64,000 nt of DNA, taken from contig JAPLFP010000201.1 of assembly GCA_026390585.1 (NCBI GenBank), positions 1,247-65,246 of the forward strand, read 5' to 3'. Made by a program: the position numbers and the translations under genes. The stretch comes from Ignavibacteriales bacterium (GTDB lineage Bacteria > Bacteroidota > Ignavibacteria > UBA10030). Shown one piece after another: positions 27,515 to 36,962 of the stretch. Numbering within the stretch: the first letter of the stretch is position 1; every line of letters begins with the position of its first letter. The notes beneath the pieces are model-generated. The model saw nothing but the letters and a program-made list of their open reading frames with translations. It did not search any database and was not told the DNA's origin.

Positions 27515-29292
27515 AAACAATGACGATGAACCGATTGGCAGCAGTCATGTTCGTGCTGTCTGCCGCTCTTGTCTTGGCTCTTCCGGCGTCCGCGCAGGAA
27601 AAAAGGGAAATGACAACGAGCGCGTTAAAGGCTATGGGCGCGCCCAACAATCCGAAAGTCGAAGTTGCATGGAATCGGTACTACGACGGCGAAGAACTTG
27701 CCCAAATCATGCATCGGATAGAAAAGGCCTATCCAAAGCTGGCCAAGGTGAGCAGTATTGGCAAGTCGTACAAGGGAAAAGAGATGTGGCTCATCACGGT
27801 CTCAAACCTTGAGAATGGCGATCCGGACAAGAAGCCGGCAATGTATGTCGATGGAAATATTCACTCGAACGAAATCCAGGGAGCGGAAGTTGCATTGTAC
27901 ACCGCATGGTATGTAACAGAGATGTATGGCTCCAACGAGTGGATTCACAAGCTTCTCGACGAGAAAACCCTCTATATTATCCCAACGATCAATCCCGATG
28001 CCCGCGATCACTTCATCTATGAGCCGAATAATCCGAATTCACCGCGGAGTGGACTTGTTCCCCGCGATGACGACGGCGACGGACAGATCGATGAGGATAC
28101 CTTCGATGACCTCGATGGTGATGGCAACATTACGCAAATGCGGATTAAGGATCCCAATGGACGATGGATTGCCGATCCGGATGATCCGCGCATGATGGTT
28201 CTGGCAAAGCCCGATCAGCGAGGCGAGTACACGCTTTTGGGAAACGAAGGGATCGACAATGACGGCGACGGACTTGTCAACGAAGACGGACCGGGTTCCT
28301 ATGATCCCAACCGCGATTGGGCATGGAACTGGGCACCCCGGTACGTTCAAAGCGGTGCCGACCACTATCCGTTCACATTCCCGGAGAATCGCGCGATATC
28401 CGAATTCGTACTGGCACATCAGAATATTGCGGCGGCGCAGTCGTTCCACAATAACGGCGGAATGATCTTGCGAGGCCCGGGTACGCAAGGCGATCTGCGG
28501 ACGTATAGCCCGCAGGACATCCAAACGTACGATTTTCTCGGCAAGCTAGGAGAAGAGCAGCTTCCCGGCTATCGATATATCGTTATCTATAAAGATCTCT
28601 ACACGGTGTTCGGGGGTGAGATAGACTGGTTCTATGGAGCTCGCGGAATCACCACATTCTCCAATGAACTCTGGACGAACTTTGACTACTTCCGCCGGCA
28701 AAAAGCGGGGGAAGAAGAAAATCCAAGAGATAGAAGTCAACTCTACCGGTTCGACAAAATCCTTCTGTTCGAGGAAGGCATCGTCCCCTGGAAGAAATTC
28801 AACCATCCGCAATTCGGTGAAATTGAGATCGGCGGATTCAAGAAGGCGTGGACGCGTACCGCCCCCTCGTTCATGATGGAGGACATGTTGCATCGCAACA
28901 TGGCATTCACCCTCTTCGACCTGTACCATACGCCGAAAGTGCAGATCGATAGTGTCTACACGAAATCACTCTCTGGAGGTCTGACGGAGGTCTCCGCCGT
29001 CGTGAGAAACACGAGGGTGATCCCGACGCACACCTATCAGGATAGCAGAAACAAGATCACCCGGCCGGATTGGCTGACCCTCGAAGGAGGCAAGGTGGTC
29101 TCAGGTTCGATTCTGCAGAACCGGTTCTTCGGCATTGCTCAAGAACAGAAGCGCCATCCGGAGCGTATCGATGTGGAGAACATTCCCGGCATGGGGGCTG
29201 TGTATGTGCGTTGGATCGTCCAGGGAAAAGGACCCTTCACGATCACCGTCGACTCCGAAAAAGGGGGAAGGGATTCTGAGAAAGTGCGATAG
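27511..29292 (+). CDS. M14-family zinc carboxypeptidase (ligands intact)
   Basis: ATGA overlap with the upstream paralogue. Signal peptide MKTMTMNRLAAVMFVLSAALVLALPASAQE; HSNE zinc motif in VDGNIHSNEIQGAEVAL; third ligand in AAQSFHNNGG; DDDGDGQIDEDTFDDLDGDG repeats. Confidence 0.85.
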   Translation: MKTMTMNRLAAVMFVLSAALVLALPASAQEKREMTTSALKAMGAPNNPKVEVAWNRYYDGEELAQIMHRIEKAYPKLAKVSSIGKSYKGKEMWLITVSNLENGDPDKKPAMYVDGNIHSNEIQGAEVALYTAWYVTEMYGSNEWIHKLLDEKTLYIIPTINPDARDHFIYEPNNPNSPRSGLVPRDDDGDGQIDEDTFDDLDGDGNITQMRIKDPNGRWIADPDDPRMMVLAKPDQRGEYTLLGNEGIDNDGDGLVNEDGPGSYDPNRDWAWNWAPRYVQSGADHYPFTFPENRAISEFVLAHQNIAAAQSFHNNGGMILRGPGTQGDLRTYSPQDIQTYDFLGKLGEEQLPGYRYIVIYKDLYTVFGGEIDWFYGARGITTFSNELWTNFDYFRRQKAGEEENPRDRSQLYRFDKILLFEEGIVPWKKFNHPQFGEIEIGGFKKAWTRTAPSFMMEDMLHRNMAFTLFDLYHTPKVQIDSVYTKSLSGGLTEVSAVVRNTRVIPTHTYQDSRNKITRPDWLTLEGGKVVSGSILQNRFFGIAQEQKRHPERIDVENIPGMGAVYVRWIVQGKGPFTITVDSEKGGRDSEKVR

Positions 29293-29375
29293 GCGAAACT
29301 CACCTGTCATTTTGAACAATCGCGACTGGAAACAGTATCTCAAAAACGTTTGGAGTGCTTCTATGACCAGATTTT

Positions 29376-29447
29376 CTTGGCGTTTCTTTGCGTCCTCTGC
29401 GGTTAGATTCAAACCGCAAAGTCCGCAGAGGGGCGCCAAGAGGTTTT
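29376..29447 (+). repeat. Word-doublet palindrome (copy D), probably doubling as a terminator
   Basis: CTTGGCGTTTCTTTGCGTCCTCTGCGG-(11 nt)-CCGCAAAGTCCGCAGAGGGGCGCCAAG followed by AGGTTTTT. It lies 84 nt after the stop at 29292. Confidence 0.55.
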
Positions 29448-29498
29448 TGAGGCATGTTTAATCCTATACGCCATGATCACTATTCATCTGGAGATATC

Positions 29499-31775
29499 AT
29501 GAAACAGAAGCTTCTTGTCAGGTACCTGGCCCTCTCGTTCTTCATTGTTTTCCTTGCCGTACTGTCGTCGGCACAACAGAAGAAGAGGCTGACGTTTGAT
29601 CAGATCAACCGCGGCGCGGAGCCACAGCTTTTCGTACCGTTGCCGAACATCAGCAGCTGGGAAGACGATTCACACTACCTGGAAATGAGGCGGAAGGAGG
29701 GTGAACCAAAACCAAAATGGTACTCCGTCGATGCCAAATCGGGGAAAGAGAAGGAAGTTCCGGCAAAGACGCCTGATCTCAGCGAGTTCAAGGATCTGGT
29801 GGGGGCCGACATCAATGTGAATTTCCCTGCTGCAGCGAACCAGAGCCGTACAAGAATGATTTATGTGAAAGAGAACGACCTTTGCTTCCTGAACACAGAA
29901 AAGAAAGAGTTCAAGCGACTGACGGAGTCGAAGGCAGATGAAAAGAACCCCACGCTTTCTCCTGACGGCAACTACGTTGCGTTTACCCGTGACAACAATC
30001 TCTTTGCTATCGATCTGAACACGGGGAAGGAGACCCAGTTCACGAACGACGGGGCGAAGTTCATTTACAACGGCTATGCATCGTGGGTGTATATGGAAGA
30101 GATTCTTGGCCGGGCTACACGCTACAAAGCGTTCTGGTGGTCTCCGGACAGCAAGATGCTGGCGTTCATGCGCTTCGATGACTCGAAGGTTCCGGTGTTC
30201 CCCCTGTACAATTCTGAGGGGGCTCACGGATTCCTTGAACACACACCGTATCCGAAACCCGGAGATCCAAATCCGGAAGTGCGCATCGGTATTGTTCCCG
30301 CCGCAGGAGGAGATGTTGTTTGGGCAGACTTCAATGAGAAAAATGATCAATACTTCGGCACGCCGCTTTGGACGCCCGACAGCAAAGAACTTTGGATTCA
30401 GTGGTTGAATCGCGGGCAGGACGACTACAAAGTCTACGGTACCGACCCGCGAACGGGGAAGAAGCGACTGGTGTATGCCGAGCAACAGTCGTCGTGGATT
30501 GACCTCGATCTGGATGGACGCATTGATTTCCTGAAGAATAACAAGGGCTTCATCATCAAGAGTGATAAAGATGGATGGATGCATCTCTACTACTACGGGA
30601 TGGACGGAAAGCTGAAGAACCGCATTACGGAAGGCAAGTGGCAGGTCGGCAACATCCTGCTGGTTGACGAGGAAGACGGCGTCGTGTTCTTCACTGGGAA
30701 GAAAGAAGCATCGACCCGCACCGACCTCTACCGGGTTAAGCTGAACGGAAACCTGACGCGACTGACATTCGGCGACTTCACGCACAACGTCAACCTTTCG
30801 CCGAAAGGAAGCTACTTCATTACGTCATATTCCAATGTCTCAACTCCGACGAAGATGACCGTCTGCAATGAAAAAGGGAAGGTGCTCCGGGAGCTTGGCG
30901 ACATCCGCGGAAAGGAATTTGAGAATTACGAGCTTGCGAAGACAGAGCTTGTTTACATCATAACGCCGGACGGATACAAACTTCCTGCGACGATTGTGCT
31001 GCCGCTCGATCTTGATCCGAACAAAAAGTATCCTGTGCTCATCAGCGTCTATGGCGGCCCAAACATGGGCACGGCCTCCGACGGCTGGAAGGGCATCGGC
31101 GCTCAATGGTGGGCGCTGGAAGGCATGATCACCGTCTCAGTGGACCATCGCGGCTCTGGTCATTTCGGTAAAGAGGGCGTGGCGCTTATGCACCGCAATC
31201 TCGGGAAGTGGGAAATGAACGACTACATTGAATGCGTGAAGTGGCTTCGAACAAAACTGTATGTGGATGCGAAAAAGATCGCCATCACCGGCAGCAGTTA
31301 TGGTGGTTATGTGACAGCGATGGCACTCACTGCAGGAGCAGACTATTTCACGCACGGTATAGCTGTCTCTTCACCGACAGACTGGCGCCTCTATGATACG
31401 CATTACACAGAGCGCTATATGGATACACCGGCGGAAAATCCTGAAGGGTACAAAGCCGGCTCCGCCATGACGTACGCGGACAAGCTCAAAGGAGTGCTTC
31501 GTATCGTTCACGGGACGATGGACGACAACGTTCATATGCAGAACAGCATTCAACTAGTCGACAAGCTTGAAGATCTCGGCAAGCACTTTGAGCTTATGAT
31601 CTATCCTGGCGGCAGGCACAGTTGGGGAGGCGCGAAGGGGGTGCATTCGCGCGTAGAGACAGCCCGGTTCTATTATCAGCATTTGCTAGAGAAACCGTTC
31701 CCTGAAGAGCAGTATGCAAAGTTGTACCAAATGGGTGCATTCGGCGGACCCGGTGGTGCTCGGCGTCCGCGGTAG
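29499..31775 (+). CDS. Dipeptidyl-peptidase IV-type prolyl peptidase (S9B)
   Basis: Signal-like MKQKLLVRYLALSFFIVFLAVLSSAQQ; DPPIV_N-type beta-propeller region (YNGYASWVYMEEI, FWWSPDSK); triad context ITGSSYGGY, HGTMDDNVH, GGRHSW. Confidence 0.9.
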   Translation: MKQKLLVRYLALSFFIVFLAVLSSAQQKKRLTFDQINRGAEPQLFVPLPNISSWEDDSHYLEMRRKEGEPKPKWYSVDAKSGKEKEVPAKTPDLSEFKDLVGADINVNFPAAANQSRTRMIYVKENDLCFLNTEKKEFKRLTESKADEKNPTLSPDGNYVAFTRDNNLFAIDLNTGKETQFTNDGAKFIYNGYASWVYMEEILGRATRYKAFWWSPDSKMLAFMRFDDSKVPVFPLYNSEGAHGFLEHTPYPKPGDPNPEVRIGIVPAAGGDVVWADFNEKNDQYFGTPLWTPDSKELWIQWLNRGQDDYKVYGTDPRTGKKRLVYAEQQSSWIDLDLDGRIDFLKNNKGFIIKSDKDGWMHLYYYGMDGKLKNRITEGKWQVGNILLVDEEDGVVFFTGKKEASTRTDLYRVKLNGNLTRLTFGDFTHNVNLSPKGSYFITSYSNVSTPTKMTVCNEKGKVLRELGDIRGKEFENYELAKTELVYIITPDGYKLPATIVLPLDLDPNKKYPVLISVYGGPNMGTASDGWKGIGAQWWALEGMITVSVDHRGSGHFGKEGVALMHRNLGKWEMNDYIECVKWLRTKLYVDAKKIAITGSSYGGYVTAMALTAGADYFTHGIAVSSPTDWRLYDTHYTERYMDTPAENPEGYKAGSAMTYADKLKGVLRIVHGTMDDNVHMQNSIQLVDKLEDLGKHFELMIYPGGRHSWGGAKGVHSRVETARFYYQHLLEKPFPEEQYAKLYQMGAFGGPGGARRPR

Positions 31776-31800
31776 CACGGAGTGAATCTCGATCTTATAG

Positions 31801-31840
31801 CCGCGGGATTTGCGTTCTTGAATCCCGCGGCTTTCTTGCA
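31801..31840 (+). terminator. Intrinsic terminator after the DPP-IV gene
   Basis: CCGCGGGATT-(10 nt)-AATCCCGCGG, a perfect 10-bp stem, followed by CTTTCTTGC. Confidence 0.65.
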
Positions 31841-31915
31841 GAGGCCTGATACAATTGAATAAGCTTTGTAGGACAGGTTGTCAACCTGTCCTACAGCGTT
31901 CTCTTCTCAAAAACC

Positions 31916-32797
31916 ATGATACAACCAGAAATTCATGTGATAGCTCAGCGTGCTCGCCGCATCGTAGAAACACTTGCCGGCGAGTACCCCTCGCGCCATG
32001 GCAGCAATCCGACGGTTCTCAACGGTGCAGCATCGTTCATTGAGCAGGAATTCATTTCGCTGGGATACCAGGTGCAATCACAGTGGTACGAGAGTGACGG
32101 TTTGCAGGTTCGCAACATCGTGGTCGAGAAACCTGGGCAACATCCCGCAGATCCAAGCATCGTGATCGGTGCTCATTACGATACCGTTGTCGGTACGCCG
32201 GGGGCTGATGATAACGGGACTGGCATTGCAGGACTAATCGAGCTCTCCCGCCTTCTGAAAGAGCACAGGAACAAACGGACGATCAGATTTGTAGCCTTTC
32301 CGCACGAAGAGCCCCCATATTTCTTCACCCACCGCATGGGAAGCAGGCAGTATGCCAGGAACCTCAAGGAGAGCGGCGAGAGAGTTTTCGCAATGCTTGC
32401 GCTGGAAATGATTGGGTATGCGGGGGAAGGGTATAGACAACTCTATCCGGTTCCGTTGATGCGAATCCTCGGCCGGTATCCAAAAGATGGAAACTTCATC
32501 GCGCTTGTCAGCAACCTCAAAAGCACGCCCCTCCTGTCGATGGTTCGCAAGGCAATGCGGCAGCGGGGTTCGGTTGGTGTCGAAAGCCTGAGTGCCCCAG
32601 GCTTCATTCCGCCTCTTTTTCTCTCAGATCACTCCTCATTCTGGAAATACGGTTTCCCAGCATTGATGATCACGGACACCGCATTCCTCCGCAATCCGCA
32701 CTATCACTCTTCAACAGACACGGCTGACACGCTGAACTACGAGTTCTTGGCGAAAGTCGTCGACACGGTCGCCGCCGCCGTGCTTGCACTCAACTGA
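31916..32797 (+). CDS. M28-family metallopeptidase
   Basis: IVIGAHYDTVVGTPGADDNGTGIAGLIELSRLL ... FVAFPHEE ... LSDHSSFW (metal-ligand blocks of M28). Confidence 0.85.
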   Translation: MIQPEIHVIAQRARRIVETLAGEYPSRHGSNPTVLNGAASFIEQEFISLGYQVQSQWYESDGLQVRNIVVEKPGQHPADPSIVIGAHYDTVVGTPGADDNGTGIAGLIELSRLLKEHRNKRTIRFVAFPHEEPPYFFTHRMGSRQYARNLKESGERVFAMLALEMIGYAGEGYRQLYPVPLMRILGRYPKDGNFIALVSNLKSTPLLSMVRKAMRQRGSVGVESLSAPGFIPPLFLSDHSSFWKYGFPALMITDTAFLRNPHYHSSTDTADTLNYEFLAKVVDTVAAAVLALN

Positions 32798-32836
32798 AGA
32801 ACGAGCCCCATGCAGTTGGATCGCCGCAGAAGATCT

Positions 32837-33358
32837 TCAGCATGAAGTTCTGTAGTAGAGTTCAAGGTCGTACCGCTGCTCTGTCAGCATGCATCCCCAG
32901 ATTTCATGCGTGTTCTCCTCAACGAGCTGAAATCCAGTCTTCCGATAGACTTGCGCCGCTGCGAGAAGCGAACTGACAGTCCACAGGAAAACCCTCTTAT
33001 ACCCTCTCTCATGGCAGAAAGCAATGGACTCTTCAACGAGCCGCGTGCCGAGCCCCTTGCCGCGAAGAGAAGGATGAAGGAGGTACCACCGGAGTTGCGC
33101 CTCAGTCTCGTTATGCCTGACGATGGCGAGCGAACCCATCAGTATTCCGTCTGAGTCGACTAGCCAAATTCGTTCACGCTCGGTGTGATGGAGAACAAAA
33201 TCGGCAAGAGGTTTCGCTACGTACACTTCAAAGGTGTGATCAAAACCGTATTCCTGAGAATAAAGAAGGCCATGCAGTTCGATCAGCCTGCCTACATCTC
33301 CTGATTTGAATTCATGTCTGATGCGTATTTCGTGAGAAGAATGCGGAGGAGTGTTCAT
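32837..33358 (-). CDS. GNAT-family N-acetyltransferase
   Basis: LLHPSLRGKGLGTRLVEESIAFCHERGYKRVFLWT (acetyl-CoA binding R/Q-x-x-G-x-G/A motif). Confidence 0.85.
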   Translation of the reverse strand: MNTPPHSSHEIRIRHEFKSGDVGRLIELHGLLYSQEYGFDHTFEVYVAKPLADFVLHHTERERIWLVDSDGILMGSLAIVRHNETEAQLRWYLLHPSLRGKGLGTRLVEESIAFCHERGYKRVFLWTVSSLLAAAQVYRKTGFQLVEENTHEIWGCMLTEQRYDLELYYRTSC

Positions 33359-33425
33359 CTTCTGACCCCACGATCAATTGCTCAACTTTCTGCGAGTCTG
33401 GGGGGCTTCTCATTGAACCCGTGTC

Positions 33426-34997
33426 TCAAATGTAGAACCGTTCTCCCGGCCACAGCTTCTGGAATGTCGTCTTCATTCCCTTGCAGAGGAAAATGAGACG
33501 GCCGTTCTCGAAGGGCATGGCGTACTTGGCATATGTCGTGCCGCCAAGTTCCACGTGCGCGTAGCGTCGATTCAAATCGTTGAGATTGTCCTGAAGTGTT
33601 CTGCTCCCCCCAACAATGATGGCGATGTTCCCGGTTCGCTTGCCCGGGCCCCACATCCAGTAGCTATTGTGCCCGCACTGCGCATTGGGAAGTCCATATC
33701 GTTTGCCGAAGAAATCGATGGCCCCCGCCTCGCCGTAGTTTCGCACGAAGATGAAACACTCCGCCTGCTCCTCAGGCGTGAGTCTTTTGTAGATGGTGGC
33801 CACCGTTGCGACAAATTCCTCCCAGCCGAACTGATCGGCGTAGTACTGGGGGAGTTCGGCAACAGAAGTCCGTTCCTCGGCGTGGGGGGCCAACCCCAGG
33901 AGCTTCTCATACTCCACAAATTGTCCCGCAGGAAGGACTGGTAGAGCGAACGGGAGAGCAATTACTGCGTAAACGATCAACGATGTCATGTAGGCCCGTC
34001 TCGCCCATCTCCAGGGATGATTCTGGAACCACCGCTCAAACGCCACGGCGCCGCCAGCAAGAAACAGTGGATATATTGCGGCGAGATAGTAGACCTTCGC
34101 ATTACCCGCGACCATGACGACGAAGACTGCAGGATACATCCATGCCAAGGGTCGCAACCGTTCATCCCGAGAGAAGAAGAAAAACGCTATCCCTGAAAGC
34201 CACAGTGGAGCGTTGAAGACATTCATCTCCATGAGCTGTCCCGTGAAGAAGGCAATCACCCCGAGATTGACGTTTTTGTTTTCACTTGCGTTGCGCATGA
34301 ATTCCAGAGAGGGGAAACCATTGGAAACCTCCCAGAGGACATGCGGGAGAAACAGCACACCTGCAATCGTCGCACCGATCCAGAACCATTTCGTCGCTAA
34401 CTGCTTTCGTTGGTGTGTCAGCAGGAGTCCGGCCACGATCCCGACGACCATAAAGCCCATGGAGTACTTGTTCAATAGTCCGAGCCCCGCGACGCAACCA
34501 AAGAGGATCCAAAGCTTCGGTCGATCATCGCTCAAGATGACGAGGACGACATATCCGGCAAGAGTCCAGAACAAGACGTCAAACGGATTCATGGAGAAAA
34601 ACTTACCTTGCCCGATGAGAACAGGGGCAGCCACGACCGAGAGTGCGGCCAGCGCCTGAGCGAACGACCCGCCCCCCAGTTTGCGTGTCATCAATGCAGC
34701 GAGATACACAACGGCTGCACCCGCGAGGGCAGGGAGAAATCGGATAGCATACAGTGAGTCGCCGAGCAAATGCCGTGTGACCCAGAGAATTGCTGCACAG
34801 AGTGGAGGCTGATCAACGTACCCAAACGCAAGATGATCGCTGCACGCGATGTAGTAGAGTTCATCCCTGAAGTAGTTGTAGCTACCGTGAAATGTGATAT
34901 GGAGTGCTAGCTGAAAGGCAGCCAACAGGAAGGGAATTGTCAGATCGCGAGGAAAGGTCTTCCTTGAAAGCGCTTGAGGAGGCATGGAGTTCACCAC
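33426..34997 (-). CDS. Glycosyltransferase family 39 (ArnT/PMT-like) membrane protein
   Basis: RDELYYIACSDHLAFGYVDQPPL near the N-terminus, about 11 hydrophobic segments, and a C-terminal soluble domain. Confidence 0.8.
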   Translation of the reverse strand: MVNSMPPQALSRKTFPRDLTIPFLLAAFQLALHITFHGSYNYFRDELYYIACSDHLAFGYVDQPPLCAAILWVTRHLLGDSLYAIRFLPALAGAAVVYLAALMTRKLGGGSFAQALAALSVVAAPVLIGQGKFFSMNPFDVLFWTLAGYVVLVILSDDRPKLWILFGCVAGLGLLNKYSMGFMVVGIVAGLLLTHQRKQLATKWFWIGATIAGVLFLPHVLWEVSNGFPSLEFMRNASENKNVNLGVIAFFTGQLMEMNVFNAPLWLSGIAFFFFSRDERLRPLAWMYPAVFVVMVAGNAKVYYLAAIYPLFLAGGAVAFERWFQNHPWRWARRAYMTSLIVYAVIALPFALPVLPAGQFVEYEKLLGLAPHAEERTSVAELPQYYADQFGWEEFVATVATIYKRLTPEEQAECFIFVRNYGEAGAIDFFGKRYGLPNAQCGHNSYWMWGPGKRTGNIAIIVGGSRTLQDNLNDLNRRYAHVELGGTTYAKYAMPFENGRLIFLCKGMKTTFQKLWPGERFYI

Positions 34998-35036
34998 AAT
35001 TGTCTGTCCAAATGATAAATCGCAATGCCTTTTGGG

Positions 35037-35717
35037 CTACGTGCTGCCGCCGGAGTTCGTCCGGGCAAGTTGAACAATATCCAAATTCTCCAAAACCTTC
35101 TTTGAGTAGCCGACCCGGACCGCCTGAATCATCGCAAGGCCTACTTCCTCCAGTGTGCAGACATTCTTTGGCGAGAGGAATTTCCAGATCGGATAAGAAT
35201 ATCCAACCACTTTGAAAATCGTCTTCACATTCTTCTGGCCCTTGATCGGTTTCATCAATCCAGGTCGGAATGCATACACCGATTTGAACGGCAGTTTTGC
35301 AAGATCGTTTTCCGTTCTCCCTTTGACCCGCGCCCACATCAAGCGGCCTTGTTCGGTGCTATCGGTTCCTGTCCCTGACACATAGCAGAATGTCATTCCT
35401 TGATTGAGTTTCGACAATGTCGTTGCCGCCTGCATTGTGAGATCATATGTAATGCGTGTGTATTCGGTTTCTTTCATTCCAACGGAAGAGACGCCGAGGC
35501 AAAAGAAACACGCGTCATACCCACGAAGCTTGTTTTCAATGTCCGAGTAGTCGAAGAAATTCTGATGAAGAATCTCGCTCAATTTGGGATGTTTGACATT
35601 GCAGGGCCTTCGTCCAATGACCAACACAGACTCAACGTTTGGATGTTTGAGAGATTCAAGAAGGACCCCTTCACCGACCATGCCTGTGGCTCCAAAGAGT
35701 ATTGCTCGAATCTTCAT
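35037..35717 (-). CDS. NAD(P)H-binding (atypical SDR/HTATIP2-like) protein
   Basis: MKIRAILFGATGMVGEGVL Rossmann GxxGxxG motif; 226 aa. Confidence 0.75.
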   Translation of the reverse strand: MKIRAILFGATGMVGEGVLLESLKHPNVESVLVIGRRPCNVKHPKLSEILHQNFFDYSDIENKLRGYDACFFCLGVSSVGMKETEYTRITYDLTMQAATTLSKLNQGMTFCYVSGTGTDSTEQGRLMWARVKGRTENDLAKLPFKSVYAFRPGLMKPIKGQKNVKTIFKVVGYSYPIWKFLSPKNVCTLEEVGLAMIQAVRVGYSKKVLENLDIVQLARTNSGGST

Positions 35718-35727
35718 CTTGCACTCC

Positions 35728-36849
35728 TCAAAACGCCTCTGTTATTGTGATGTAGACTCCCGACGAATTGCTCCCGGCACCATAATCCAAGCGCAGATTG
35801 ATCCTCTCCTCAGGACTCCAGGCAAATCGCAACCCAACGCCACCGGCGAACCAAAATCGATCCATCGCGAATCCGCTGACTTGATCGGCCACCTGGGCGA
35901 TGCCGGCAAACCCAACGATACCAAACCTCCACCACACAGGAATGCGGTACTCCGCCTGGAGTGACACTGCATTCTTATCGCGATAGCGTCCGTCGAAATA
36001 GCCGCGCAGGAGATTCTGCCCGCCAAACTTCGCGTAACTCTGAAAAGGCGCTGAGCCATTGATGAATTCTCCAGACCCCTGCAAGGCAACAACATGATCG
36101 GAAAACATCCTGAAGAAATTGCGCGTATCGATCTGAATGTCGTCGTAGCTGTAGTCGCTGCCGAACGCACTCCGATAGAACAACGCCGTGAATTGGTAGA
36201 AACTCCCCGACTGAGTGGCAAAAGTGTTGTCTCTCGAATCCCAGTTTGCCACGATGCCCATGCCCGCCAAGCTCCCCCCCCTACTGCCGGGAAGGATGCC
36301 AGTCGCAAGAACACCCCCTGGTGCCGTCTCTCGCATTGAGGTGTTCTCGTACCGCACCACCGGTCCGATGTTAACATGCGAGGAGAGATTCCCGTAGAGA
36401 ACAGCTTTCAGACGAAACGTCTGGGGCGTACAAGTTTCCTCGCTGCTCTCAAGTGTGTTGTTTCCGACGCCGAAGAACTTGTTCGGAAATTTCTGAAAGA
36501 GGAGATCGGTGAGCAGGCGGTATCGGCCGTTTTCGAAGTACTGGTCGCCGGCGATCTCAGCAACGAACTGCTTCTGTTGCGTATAGATGATGTCTGCGGT
36601 CAAACTCGAAGCCCGTGGCGAGGACGAATCCCGGTAAAAATAGAGCGCAGCTGCTCCTCCGGCGATTCCGGTTTCCGGTGTATAGAACACAATGGGTAGC
36701 GGATAAATACCTGATTGAGATGTGCGACTGGAATCGTTATCTATCGTGTGGGCCTGTCGTGCTACAAGGGGTCCCTGCAAGATGAAACCAGCCAAGAGGA
36801 CAACAGAAGATGAAACCCTGATGGTCTTTTCGAGAGCGTTCATGAGCAA
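35728..36849 (-). CDS. Omp85/surface-antigen (D15)-like outer-membrane beta-barrel protein
   Basis: Signal-like N-terminus, alternating beta-strand pattern throughout, and a C-terminal aromatic residue (..GVYITITEAF). Confidence 0.65.
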   Translation of the reverse strand: MLMNALEKTIRVSSSVVLLAGFILQGPLVARQAHTIDNDSSRTSQSGIYPLPIVFYTPETGIAGGAAALYFYRDSSSPRASSLTADIIYTQQKQFVAEIAGDQYFENGRYRLLTDLLFQKFPNKFFGVGNNTLESSEETCTPQTFRLKAVLYGNLSSHVNIGPVVRYENTSMRETAPGGVLATGILPGSRGGSLAGMGIVANWDSRDNTFATQSGSFYQFTALFYRSAFGSDYSYDDIQIDTRNFFRMFSDHVVALQGSGEFINGSAPFQSYAKFGGQNLLRGYFDGRYRDKNAVSLQAEYRIPVWWRFGIVGFAGIAQVADQVSGFAMDRFWFAGGVGLRFAWSPEERINLRLDYGAGSNSSGVYITITEAF

Positions 36850-36962
36850 CGACGAGATTGTCGGTTAATGCAGCACGGGAAGGAACACTCGTGAGAGTGG
36901 TCCGCGCTCAATATAGAGAGAAGGGGAGAAAAATGCGAGAAGTCGGATGGCTATCGCGGTTG

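Noticed and set aside
29670-30785. 371-aa minus-strand ORF
   Set aside because: Antisense to the DPP-IV gene; it has no recognisable features. A typical long shadow ORF in a GC-balanced coding region.
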